A stretch of 64,000 nucleotides of DNA from Akkermansiaceae bacterium. Its GTDB lineage: Bacteria > Verrucomicrobiota > Verrucomicrobiia > Verrucomicrobiales > Akkermansiaceae. How positions within the stretch are numbered: position 1 is the stretch's first letter; the number at the start of each line of letters is the position of its first letter. The notes beneath the pieces were generated by a model. That model was not told where the DNA came from, searched no databases, and saw only the letters and a list, made by a program, of their open reading frames with translations. Where the stretch lies: positions 1,534,483 to 1,598,482 of the forward strand of contig CAJJBQ010000002.1 of the NCBI GenBank assembly GCA_905182405.1, written 5' to 3'. A program made the position numbers and the translations under genes. Of this stretch, positions 18,557-27,612 are shown in pieces.

Positions 18557-19249
18557 TCATCGACCATCGCCGTAAGACCCACACTGATCTCGCTCCCAAA
18601 ATCTGGTGAATCGAACGCCAGCGTAACAAGGAGACTTGAACTCCGCCCAACGCGAAACCCCTCTCGACCTCAAAATAGGACGTAAAAAAACGATCGTCCC
18701 GGTTGGAGGAGTATCACCTGAATTAAAGCTCAGAACCTGTGGATCCCCAAAGGATCCTGCGCTCACATTCCCCACAACGTTGTATGTTTCAGAGGCGATC
18801 AGTAGCGGATCAGTGAGCACCGCCGCAGTATCTGCCGCCGTCGCTAATCCAAGATTATCGGTTCCCGAGAGAAGCGCATAAACAGTGGCGTTCTCCGCTC
18901 CGGTTTGTCCTCCCCGGTTCCCCACAGCCACTTTCAAATTGTAGGTTGTCTCCGCCTCCCAAGCGACGCCGGTATCAATCCAAATGTAGTTAAGATTGTT
19001 CAATCCCGCATGCTGGCTTCCCTCATCGGAGAATCCACCAATATTTTCGATGAAGGAATCGCCATCTCCATCTCCACCTCGCTCACTCCAATCGGTCAGA
19101 GGATTACTCCATGCCCCAGCGGCCAGCACTGGTTACTCGAATCCAGAATTATTCACCGTGATGAGTGCGGCGTTTGACGTCATCGGGAGTATCCATAATA
19201 CGCTTATGAGCGTATGGAACCAGCCAAACTGATTTATGTTTGTTCTCAT
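18557..19249 (-). pseudogene. Secreted protein gene disrupted by in-frame TAA (19133-19135, minus strand)
   Basis: ATG 19249 encodes MRTNINQFGWFHTLISVLWILPMTSNAALITVNNSGFE-TAA-PVLAAGAWSNPLTDW.., in the same frame as ORF 18557-19129. The signal peptide is therefore cut off from the body. A T7 run at about 18683-18689 precedes a tail that looks more like a degenerate PEP-CTERM anchor (..ALGGVQVSLLRWRS) in another frame. Confidence 0.45.
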
Positions 19250-19566
19250 TGTCTTTGCGGTTGTGTGCTCCTAGAAATTGAAGATCGATAAACCTTTATG
19301 GAGAAAGTTCTGATACGTTAACTCAACATCAATCAAAAATGCTTTATATTTACCCCCTTTGACTTTTTTGATTGTTGGATGATTCCGTAAGAACTATGGT
19401 TACACCTCCCCTTCCTATGAAGAATAGCCATCTCATTCCGTTTCTCTCAGTCCTTTCCATTGGATCGCTCTGGTCGGCTCCGATCACCGTCCGCTCACTT
19501 TCCCCCATCTCTGGCCAGAGCAAACAATTCGCCAGAGTCAAAATCACCCTCGCAACTCCCTAAAAA

Positions 19567-20469
19567 ATGAACCGTCGCTCTTTTACCTCGCTCACCTCCC
19601 TCGCTGCCTTAGCTCCCGGACTTTCCCTCGGTCGCGAGGCAGGACGAAACCCTATCGGCGTATCAACTTACAGCTACTGGGGCTTCCAGCGGGATGAATA
19701 CCGCGACGTCGGCAAATGCATCGATCTCGCCGCCGCCAGCGGCTTCGATGGTGTCGAAATCCTTCAAGTCCAACTCGAAGACTTCTCCCCTGCCGCTCTC
19801 CAGAAGATCAAAAGACGCGCGCTCCTTGCCGGAATCGACCTCATGGGCTTCTCGACCCATCAGGACTTCGTCGACCCCGTCGAAAGGGTCCGACGTAGAA
19901 ACGTCGAGCAAACCATCGCCTATATCGAGCAAGCCTACGCCCTCGGCATTCCCACTCTTCGCATCAATACCGGTGGCTGGGGAACCCGAAAGGACTTCGA
20001 TGACCTCATGGCCCACCGTGGAATCGAAGAGGTCCTCGAAGGCCACACCGAAAAAGAGGGATTCGAATGGGTCATCACCGCCATGAAACAGCTCGTCCCT
20101 TACGCCGAAAAATGCGGCGTCGTCCTCGGTCTCGAAAACCATTGGGGTCTCGGCATCAGCCCCGAAGGCGTTCTCAAAGTTGTTGAAGCGGTAAACTCCC
20201 CTTGGCTTCAGGTCACCCTCGACACCGGAAATTTTCTCGAAGATCCCTATGCGCGTCTCGAGAAGTTGGCCGCCAAAACCGTCCTCCTTCAGACCAAAAC
20301 CTACCACGGCGGAGGCCGCTGGTACACCCTCGACCTTGACTACGCCCGCATCGCCAAGATCATGAAAAAGGCAAACTACAAGGGCTACGTTTCTCTCGAA
20401 TTCGAAGGAAAAGAAGACCCCCTCACCGCAGTCCCCAAGAGCCTTAAAATGCTCCGGGAACATTTCTAG
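19567..20469 (+). CDS. Sugar phosphate isomerase/epimerase (xylose isomerase-like TIM barrel), Tat-exported
   Basis: It has a twin-arginine signal (MNRRSFTSLTSLAALAPG). GFDGVEI, LGLENHWG and LDTGNF are typical AP-endonuclease-2 / XylA-like TIM barrel blocks. Confidence 0.85.
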   Translation: MNRRSFTSLTSLAALAPGLSLGREAGRNPIGVSTYSYWGFQRDEYRDVGKCIDLAAASGFDGVEILQVQLEDFSPAALQKIKRRALLAGIDLMGFSTHQDFVDPVERVRRRNVEQTIAYIEQAYALGIPTLRINTGGWGTRKDFDDLMAHRGIEEVLEGHTEKEGFEWVITAMKQLVPYAEKCGVVLGLENHWGLGISPEGVLKVVEAVNSPWLQVTLDTGNFLEDPYARLEKLAAKTVLLQTKTYHGGGRWYTLDLDYARIAKIMKKANYKGYVSLEFEGKEDPLTAVPKSLKMLREHF

Positions 20470-20932
20470 AAAGATGCCTTATCCCATTTGAACGCTTGGT
20501 TTGAGGGAATGGGAGGCTAGCATCCGACAACAAAGCTGTCGCGTATTTCAGCCCGGGTTGTCGCAGTCAAACGAAGCTAACCGAGACCACCTCTACCGCG
20601 TCATATTGATATCGAAGAGGAGTGAATAAAATCACCTAATCGAACCAGAAAGAACACCTTCTCCCGCTGCGATAACCCATGGATCCAACGCAGAATGAGT
20701 AAAATTTATTGGAGCTAGCGGATTAGCCAAAATCATTAAGTTCACAATGACTGCTACTCAATTTTCTTAGGCTAACAGTCAGGATCATCAGCCACGTGGA
20801 GCGGGGTATGGATTCACTCCCTATTTTCTCCTTCATGGGCTTTGAATAGTTTGCTTCCCAAATAAAGCGTTCACTAGGAACAAAAAAGTTAGCTTCCCTC
20901 CTGCAAACCAGAAGGGAAAGTAACTCCAAAAT

Positions 20933-21850
20933 TTACGCGTCGATCTTACGGTAAGCAGCAATAAGCGCATCAAGGCCTTCTTGGCCCTTCTTGCTGGCTC
21001 CGTGCTCCATACCAATGATGCCGGTGAAGTTCTTCTTACGAAGGAACTTGGTGACGGCGACGTAGTCGAGGTTTCCGGTGCCAGGCTCTTTGCGTCCCGG
21101 TGAGGCTCCGTATTGGACGTAGCTGACCTGGTCCCAGACCTTCTCGGCGTTTTCGATGAGCTTGTCACCATTGCCGATCTGCCCTTCGTGATAGAAGTCG
21201 GCAAGAAGCTTGCATGATTTACGATCCACAAGCTTACAGAGAAGGTGTCCGTCCTCAAAAGAACGGATGAGAGGCTCGCCTCCCTTGACGTTATGGGAAA
21301 GGGGCTCTTGAGCCATGATGATGCCGTGTTCTTCGACCAAGTCGCAGCAGAGTTTCATGGAGTCGACGGACGCCTTGATCTGCTCTTCACGAGTCATGGA
21401 TTTATCCCGAGCGCCGGGAATCATGGTCATGTTGGTCTGACCGGTGATTTTGGCGACTTCAATGCCTCGCTCGAGGTCATTTTTAACCGCTTTTTTCTGG
21501 TCCTCGGTGGGCTTATTGAACATTGCTCCGGCTCCATTTGTAATAACACAGACGCCGAGTTCCATTTTCTTGTCCTTCATGAACTCGGCGATTTTTTCGA
21601 TCGTTTCGTTCTTCTGTCCCTTGAGACCATTATCTTCCCATGCACGGAAGCCAAGGTCGTGAGCTAACTTGAGTTGATCGACATAGCTGAGCTTCTTATC
21701 TTTACCGCCGAAGAGGAGGCCAGGATGCGGCCCAAAGAGCGCCTTAAAGGCTTCTCCCTTATGTTTTCCATGGTGATCAGCAAAAGCTGGGGTTCCGGAA
21801 AGGGTGGCGAGCGAAGCTCCTGTCAGCAGACTAAAGTGACGACGATTCAT
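20933..21850 (-). CDS. Sugar phosphate isomerase/epimerase (hydroxypyruvate isomerase-like TIM barrel), Tat-exported
   Basis: It has a Tat signal (MNRRHFSLLTGASLATL). Blocks include GFRAWEDN, MAQEPLS, LLADFYH and IGMEHG. Confidence 0.85.
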   Translation of the reverse strand: MNRRHFSLLTGASLATLSGTPAFADHHGKHKGEAFKALFGPHPGLLFGGKDKKLSYVDQLKLAHDLGFRAWEDNGLKGQKNETIEKIAEFMKDKKMELGVCVITNGAGAMFNKPTEDQKKAVKNDLERGIEVAKITGQTNMTMIPGARDKSMTREEQIKASVDSMKLCCDLVEEHGIIMAQEPLSHNVKGGEPLIRSFEDGHLLCKLVDRKSCKLLADFYHEGQIGNGDKLIENAEKVWDQVSYVQYGASPGRKEPGTGNLDYVAVTKFLRKKNFTGIIGMEHGASKKGQEGLDALIAAYRKIDA

Positions 21851-21970
21851 GGTGACGGAGAATGTAAAGTGAATCGGCCCCTAGGGGAATTTCGAATTCC
21901 TACTATTTTACCCGTCTTTCATTCTGGTATTTCCAGAAGGTCAGAAATCCGTATGATCCGACGTATTACC

Positions 21971-22471
21971 ATGGATAAGAACATTCGAGAGCGACTCGAC
22001 GAGTTCATCCGCAAAAAGGGACTGCGTCAAACAGCCCAGCGCGATGAAATCATAGAGGTCATTTTTGCCTCGGATGAGCACTTCACACCCGATGAACTCT
22101 TCGACCGGCTGCGTCTTGCGGGTTCCAAAGCGTCCCGTGCCACCGTCTACCGCACCCTTGGACTCCTCGATGAGGCCAATCTCATTCACGAGATTGACCT
22201 CGGCGATGGCCAAAAAAACTACGACCCCAACTTCGTCGACCGCCCCACCCACAACCACCTCGTCTGCGTCGATTGCGGAAAAGTAGTCGAATTCGAGGAC
22301 TCCCATCTCGATCTTCTCAACGATTGCGTCACTCGCCGCCTCGGCTATCGCCCGCTGAGACAGAGCCTTCGAATTGAAGCCAATTGCGAAAAACTACGCA
22401 CCAGCGGTGGATGCCCCGACCTCATCCAAGCCCGCCTCAAAAGCAAGCGCCTCCCCAATCAAAAAAAGTAG
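21971..22471 (+). CDS. Fur family transcriptional regulator
   Basis: GLRQTAQRDEIIEVIF..HFTPDELF, ASRATVYRTL and HNHLVCVDCGKVVEF are Fur/PerR/Zur signatures. An alternative ATG exists at 21953. The listed ORF from 21674 overlaps the divergent gene. Confidence 0.85.
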   Translation: MDKNIRERLDEFIRKKGLRQTAQRDEIIEVIFASDEHFTPDELFDRLRLAGSKASRATVYRTLGLLDEANLIHEIDLGDGQKNYDPNFVDRPTHNHLVCVDCGKVVEFEDSHLDLLNDCVTRRLGYRPLRQSLRIEANCEKLRTSGGCPDLIQARLKSKRLPNQKK

Positions 22472-22474
22472 ATC

Positions 22475-23227
22475 ATGAGGGGCATATTCATCCTCCTTCT
22501 CGCTCTACCCTCCTTCCTGGGTGCCCAGCTCAGGATCGACCCCAAGCGGTTCGCCATTCCGGAATCCGAAATCCGAGAGGTCCTGGAACTCACCATCGCC
22601 GCCTTTTCCAAGAGTGACCTACCCCCTCTTTTCGTCACGAACTCTCCTGAAGGCCCCATCACTTTGTTTGATCGCAGCGCCCGCGGCGAAGTCATCATCA
22701 AGCTCGATGTGCGCGAGCGCTACTGGGCCCAGATGATCTACCAGTTCGCCCACGAACTCGCCCACGTCCGGGCCAACTTCCGTCCCGATGCCCGCGATAA
22801 CAAGTGGTTCGAAGAGACCCTCTGCGAGACCGCTTCCCTCTATGCCCTGCGGAAGCTCTCCCTCACCCTTCGCGATCACCCTAATTTCGACAGCTACCGC
22901 CATCACCTTCACGACTATGCTGAAAAAATCATCGCCAACCGTGAAAAGGTCGACCTCAAGACCCTCGCCGCCTTTTACCAAAAGCACGAAACCACCCTCC
23001 GCAAGGACGCCACCGATCGCCCACTCAATGGCGCCATGGCCGTCGCCCTCCTCCCGCTCTTCGAAACCAATCCGGGGCACTGGAATTCTCTCGGGGCATT
23101 AAACAAGTCGCCTGCCAAGAAGGACCTCCCGCTTTCCGGCTATTTCAAAAAGTGGCACGACGACACCTCCGCTCCCCACCGTCCTTTCATCCAGAAGGTA
23201 AAAAGCCACTTTCTCCCCGAAAAATAG
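22475..23227 (+). CDS. Secreted hypothetical protein with an HExxH motif (possible zinc metallopeptidase-like)
   Basis: It has a signal peptide (MRGIFILLLALPSFLGAQ) and FAHELAHV, followed by WFEETLCE. The start is 3 nt after the Fur stop. Confidence 0.45.
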   Translation: MRGIFILLLALPSFLGAQLRIDPKRFAIPESEIREVLELTIAAFSKSDLPPLFVTNSPEGPITLFDRSARGEVIIKLDVRERYWAQMIYQFAHELAHVRANFRPDARDNKWFEETLCETASLYALRKLSLTLRDHPNFDSYRHHLHDYAEKIIANREKVDLKTLAAFYQKHETTLRKDATDRPLNGAMAVALLPLFETNPGHWNSLGALNKSPAKKDLPLSGYFKKWHDDTSAPHRPFIQKVKSHFLPEK

Positions 23228-23266
23228 ATTTCCAGCGCCTCCTCGATCTGGAAATGTAGCCCCCAC

Positions 23267-24271
23267 ATGACCATCTCCAACAAATCAGGCGTCGAACTCG
23301 GAATCCTCGGCACCCACCTCGGCTTTCTCGAAGCCCTGGTCCCCGATGACGAAGGCCACCTCCCGCGCGATGCCTCCGGTGAACTGGTCGTCTTTGCCGG
23401 AGCCCGCGACATTTGCGAACTCTCCCCCGTCAAAGTTGATGCCATTCAAATTTCTGCCTTCGGCACGACCATTCCAGAAGACATGGATGAACTCCTCACC
23501 AAGGTTCGCAGCATCGGCCTCGAGCCTCAACTCGTCATGATGGTCGGAGGCGCAAACCCTTACGAACCGGCCGATGAAGACGCCTCCCTCGCACAGCTTC
23601 AGGTCAATATCGACGCAGCCCTTCGCAACAACGTGAAGCAAATCAACTCCACCTCGATCGAGGAATGGATGAGCGGAACCGAGCCCACCAACGAAGAAGA
23701 ATTTCAAGCCCGAGTTGCTCAAAACATCAAACTCCACGCCCGCGCATACCGCGAGAGCGGCCTTGCCGGTTCCTGTGTCGAAAACTGGAACATCGAATTC
23801 CTTCGCCCCGGCGAATTTGCAAATTTCACCTCTCTTGAAAAATTGATGCCCATCATGAAAGGCCTCCTTGCCGAAATTGGATCGCCCTTCTTTCGCGTCC
23901 TCGTCGATGCCGCTCACTGTGGCGACTCCGATCTCAATATCGCACAAAACGAAACCCTCATTGCCGAACTTGCCGACGCCAGGATGCTCGGCCCCTTCCA
24001 CTGCTCAGTTCCCACCACCCGGGGCTGCCTCACCTCCGACGACGGCTGGATCCCCGCCCTCCTCGCCGCCAGTGCGAAATCCGGAAAGCTCGAAAGCGCC
24101 TTTGTTGAGCTCTTCACCCACGATGACCCTGCCCTTCAAGGCCTCCGCGACCTCGACCCCGGTCACGGAGTCGATACCACCGACGGCCGCAGCTACACCC
24201 AGGTCATGGTCGACGGCCTCATCGAAACCGCCCACCGCTTGAACAACTTCAAGGCACGAGGAATTCTCTAA
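23267..24271 (+). CDS. Hypothetical protein (possibly a TIM-barrel/xylose isomerase-like fold)
   Basis: It is a long ORF with coding-like codon usage on the same strand as the Fur operon. There are only weak resemblances (LVDAAHCGDS, FVELFTHDD) to sugar isomerase barrels. Confidence 0.35.
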   Translation: MTISNKSGVELGILGTHLGFLEALVPDDEGHLPRDASGELVVFAGARDICELSPVKVDAIQISAFGTTIPEDMDELLTKVRSIGLEPQLVMMVGGANPYEPADEDASLAQLQVNIDAALRNNVKQINSTSIEEWMSGTEPTNEEEFQARVAQNIKLHARAYRESGLAGSCVENWNIEFLRPGEFANFTSLEKLMPIMKGLLAEIGSPFFRVLVDAAHCGDSDLNIAQNETLIAELADARMLGPFHCSVPTTRGCLTSDDGWIPALLAASAKSGKLESAFVELFTHDDPALQGLRDLDPGHGVDTTDGRSYTQVMVDGLIETAHRLNNFKARGIL

Positions 24272-24312
24272 CAATCCGGAGAATCGACCTTTCACGCTAG
24301 ACCTCCACGCTC

Positions 24313-24654
24313 TTAAAAAAATCGCTTTCTCGACCCTGGTAAAATGCACGCGCACGAGGAACTTCCATGGACGCGCGCGAGGAACTTCTGTTTCGCATCC
24401 CCAGTCGCAGTCGCCTGAAACTCCATAAACGAGGATATCCTTCCGATCACATCGTCCCAAGGCGAATCATCCGGCCCCATCTGACCGTTATCCACGATGG
24501 AAAGTTTCGATTGAAGCAGCTCCCCAAACACCGGTTGATCCTTCATCAAACGCAATCCATCCGCATCGAACCGACAACCGCGCCCACCCGCAAGAGCGGC
24601 AACAGTAGTGAAAATAGTGAGAACGACAGCGAGGCAATAGGTTTTTTTACTCAT
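24313..24654 (-). CDS. Small hypothetical secreted protein
   Basis: The internal ATG at 24654 gives MSKKTYCLAVVLTIFTTVAALAG, a signal-like N-terminus. No family was recognised. Confidence 0.3.
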   Translation of the reverse strand: MSKKTYCLAVVLTIFTTVAALAGGRGCRFDADGLRLMKDQPVFGELLQSKLSIVDNGQMGPDDSPWDDVIGRISSFMEFQATATGDAKQKFLARVHGSSSCACILPGSRKRFF

Positions 24655-24851
24655 ACCGGGATCCCACCACCCCGTTTTCCTCACTACAGTAAACGTTCCG
24701 TATAAATAAGCCTCGATATCTCGGGCCTCACAAACTTGATACTCCGACTGCACCAGCCCATTCGTAAATTGCTCACTCGTTACATGATACAAAGGAATCT
24801 CTCGCAATAAAACCGTCAACCGTCGTAGCGATGTAAACTGTGATTTTCAAG

Positions 24852-27509
24852 TTATTGAAAAATTGCGATGACTGAAACCGTCGCGCCATCGAGGGGCAAC
24901 TCGATGGTCGGGGAAAGGCTGCTCCTCCCGCCAGACCAACGAACAAAGCTAGCCCCCTCTTTCGGGATCGCCGTGAGCGTCGGTGGGAAATCGCGAAAGT
25001 ATTGCCCCGTCCAGGACGATTCGTCTATCTCAATGGTATTGATCTGAACGGTTCCCTTGGAAAGATCACTGGACTCGATGGTGACCGAGGCAAGGCCTTT
25101 GGAGAGATTAAAATGATCAATCAGATCCTGCCGCAATTTGTTGGGACGCGCCCTGGCAAACTCACGCATCGACTCTACATTGCGTTCCCAATGCGCCACG
25201 GAGAGAGGCTCATCTTCTTCCTTGTGTGGGATACCGAAACCGCGCGATTGGATACCTGCCCAACTCCAGCGGGATAGGTGGCGACCCATCTCGGGGCGGA
25301 TCACCCCAGCCATGGCATCAATACGCCCCAACACCCTCTCACTCTCAAACAAGGTATTCAAGAGATCGGCGCAACGTTGCACGAAGCGGTTCTCAAACTC
25401 ATCGCTCTCCAGCATTTCACGCAGCAAAAGAGTGCGCCCACCGCTGTTGGGCCAGCCGGTGCCATTCCCGGACGAATTGGTGTAGAACTCGAACATGTTC
25501 TCGTAGTCCGAATAATCGCGCCGCATTGCAGGGATGTAGACGTCCGGTTTCCACAAATTAAAACTGTAGTCCTGATCGTAGAGCATCCAGTGAAACTGTC
25601 CATCTGCGCCACTGCGTTGGCGCCAGCACTTGATGTTTCCGATGTCAAAATTCTGGCCGTATATGACAGCCAGATGGTAGTCGATGAAGTTGTCAATATT
25701 CAGGTAGAGATCTTCGACGGTCTGGTAGTCCGCACTGTTGTTCATCGAGCGGGATTGGATGAAATTGCGCATCTGGTTGTAAGTCGATGACGAACCCGAA
25801 TTGGCACTCCCATAGCCTTCAATCAGATCGATGTCGTCGGCCGAAACATCGTGGGTCGATTCCACATAGTGCTCGGAGAATTTTTCGCGGATGTTGTAGA
25901 TGCCCCAGTAGTCACCATTCACGTAGAGGACCGCCGGGCGATATCCCTGGGTATCGAGTCCGGTGCCATCGACGAGACTCTGCATCATGGCATCGCGGAA
26001 CATCGTAAAGTTCCCGTTCACAAAATAGCTACCATGACCTACAGGTGTACCAAAATCTCTGATCGGCGAGCGCGGGTAGGTCAGCCAGGTGCTCTGGTTG
26101 TCGTTTCCCGAATTTCGCAGGACGATCGACTCGAAGGAATCGACAGCTTTGTTAGGGAAGAAAGGATGACGAATTTTCCCGTAGCCATATTCGCTGCGCG
26201 CGAACAGCGCCATCGATTTCTGCGGGTATCCCCGCGATCCCCAACCGCCAAATATTTTTAAGCCAAGGTTGATGCGGAGCTTCTCTCCATCTCCGGGTTC
26301 GTAGACTTCGAAACTTGCCTCCACCTCGCGGTTGCGCTTCCAAGCGTTGGACGAATTGTAGGGGAAATTGCCAATAATGTTTCCACCGTTGGTAAACATC
26401 TGGTCTCCAAATCCGTAGAGGTAGCCATCAGCGAAATCGAAGTTGTCAGGATCGGCCGCCATCGAAATCACCGGGAGTTCGTGATCGGTGCCGAGGAAAT
26501 AACTATGGGTGACAATTCGACTGGCGGGAGAGCCATCCACCATCGCTCGGATAACAGCGGTGCTGCTAATTTCAATCGAGCCGTTGGCAACGATGGAACT
26601 GCTGTCCGGTTCGGAACCATCGGTAGTGTAGCGAATGACGTTTCCCTCGACCGGACCGACCAACTCCAAAGCGACCGGCCCGCCAAAAACACCTCCGCGC
26701 ACGCTGAATATTGGAGCTTGAATAAACGAGGCAGGGGCCCCCGCGCCGAATTCGTGATTCGCTTCGTCGGGAGTCGCCAGGGCGGAGCTGAACTGATAGA
26801 AAGTCTTAAGATCATCACGCGCGCGACCGACCGTCGTATCCGGTGTTAGTGGGCCAGGATCCAAGCGGTCGACTATTGTCAAATTTGGATAGCTGAGGAT
26901 GGCGGGTTCGCTGCCGTTGCCCAACTTAAAGGCAGCATGCAGTTCGCCAGCCGGAATTTCGTCACCCATTTTTCCCGAAGCGAAGACGATCAGGTAGTCA
27001 CCCGAATCAAGGATTGTGCCTGCCGGAAATGCCCACTTGTCCAGCCTGCTGTCGTTGTCGCTCAGGTAGTGCCCGCCTAAATCGGCAGATTTCTCACCGT
27101 GATTGTAGAGCTCTATCCAGTCCGGAAATTCTCCATCGCCATCAGTGAAAACGGCTTCGTTATTAGTCATGACCTCGTTGATAACGACGGACACCGGGAT
27201 CGTTTCCACCGGTCCCGCAATGACCCGGACGTAGCCCGTGCTTGCCCCATCCACGTGCAGGGTCAGCTTCACTCGCGAGGGATCCAGCACAGTCAGGCTG
27301 GCATTTTTCTGATTTACCCATGAGCCCGCCGAAAGATCCGGGGAGTGTTGCAATGTGTAAGCCAAGTCTTGCCCACTGGTATTTTTAACCGTCACCCCGA
27401 GTTGCGTCCCATCGTGTCCAACCTCGACAATTTTGATTTTAACCGCGTCTTGAGCCATTGTGAAATTGATCCCTAGCAAAAAGATCGCGAGACAGGGGCA
27501 AACATACAT
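24852..27509 (-). CDS. CotH kinase family protein with lamin-tail domain (LTD)
   Basis: ATG 27509 gives the signal peptide MYVCPCLAIFLLGINFTMAQ. The LTD block is VVINEVMTNN..FPDWIELYN..LSDN..W.FP. It also has a chitobiase-C-like IRYTTDGSEP and a CotH core (LGLKIFGGWGSRGYPQKSMALF...YVNGDYWGIYNIREK). The longer listed ORF overlaps the divergent gene. Confidence 0.85.
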   Translation of the reverse strand: MYVCPCLAIFLLGINFTMAQDAVKIKIVEVGHDGTQLGVTVKNTSGQDLAYTLQHSPDLSAGSWVNQKNASLTVLDPSRVKLTLHVDGASTGYVRVIAGPVETIPVSVVINEVMTNNEAVFTDGDGEFPDWIELYNHGEKSADLGGHYLSDNDSRLDKWAFPAGTILDSGDYLIVFASGKMGDEIPAGELHAAFKLGNGSEPAILSYPNLTIVDRLDPGPLTPDTTVGRARDDLKTFYQFSSALATPDEANHEFGAGAPASFIQAPIFSVRGGVFGGPVALELVGPVEGNVIRYTTDGSEPDSSSIVANGSIEISSTAVIRAMVDGSPASRIVTHSYFLGTDHELPVISMAADPDNFDFADGYLYGFGDQMFTNGGNIIGNFPYNSSNAWKRNREVEASFEVYEPGDGEKLRINLGLKIFGGWGSRGYPQKSMALFARSEYGYGKIRHPFFPNKAVDSFESIVLRNSGNDNQSTWLTYPRSPIRDFGTPVGHGSYFVNGNFTMFRDAMMQSLVDGTGLDTQGYRPAVLYVNGDYWGIYNIREKFSEHYVESTHDVSADDIDLIEGYGSANSGSSSTYNQMRNFIQSRSMNNSADYQTVEDLYLNIDNFIDYHLAVIYGQNFDIGNIKCWRQRSGADGQFHWMLYDQDYSFNLWKPDVYIPAMRRDYSDYENMFEFYTNSSGNGTGWPNSGGRTLLLREMLESDEFENRFVQRCADLLNTLFESERVLGRIDAMAGVIRPEMGRHLSRWSWAGIQSRGFGIPHKEEDEPLSVAHWERNVESMREFARARPNKLRQDLIDHFNLSKGLASVTIESSDLSKGTVQINTIEIDESSWTGQYFRDFPPTLTAIPKEGASFVRWSGGRSSLSPTIELPLDGATVSVIAIFQ

Positions 27510-27612
27510 TTCTATTCCTAACGGGTCACAGGTCCCAAAGCAAGATTTGTCCACCTGCCCGAGGGAGCGGCGAGCTTGACGTACCTTTGCAGCAGCATCA
27601 CGATTGGCACAA

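Noticed and set aside
19417-19563. A 48-codon ORF, MKNSHLIPFLSVLSIGSLWSAPITVRSLSPISGQSKQFARVKITLATP, with a signal-like N-terminus just upstream of the Tat TIM-barrel gene.
   Set aside because: It is too short and has no recognisable family. It could be a small secreted peptide or the stub of a lost gene, and there is not enough evidence to call it a CDS.
20470-20932. A 460-bp gap after the TIM-barrel gene, checked for tRNA, small RNA and mobile-element ends.
   Set aside because: I saw no cloverleaf, no T-loop consensus and no terminal inverted repeats. The only ORFs are short and implausible.
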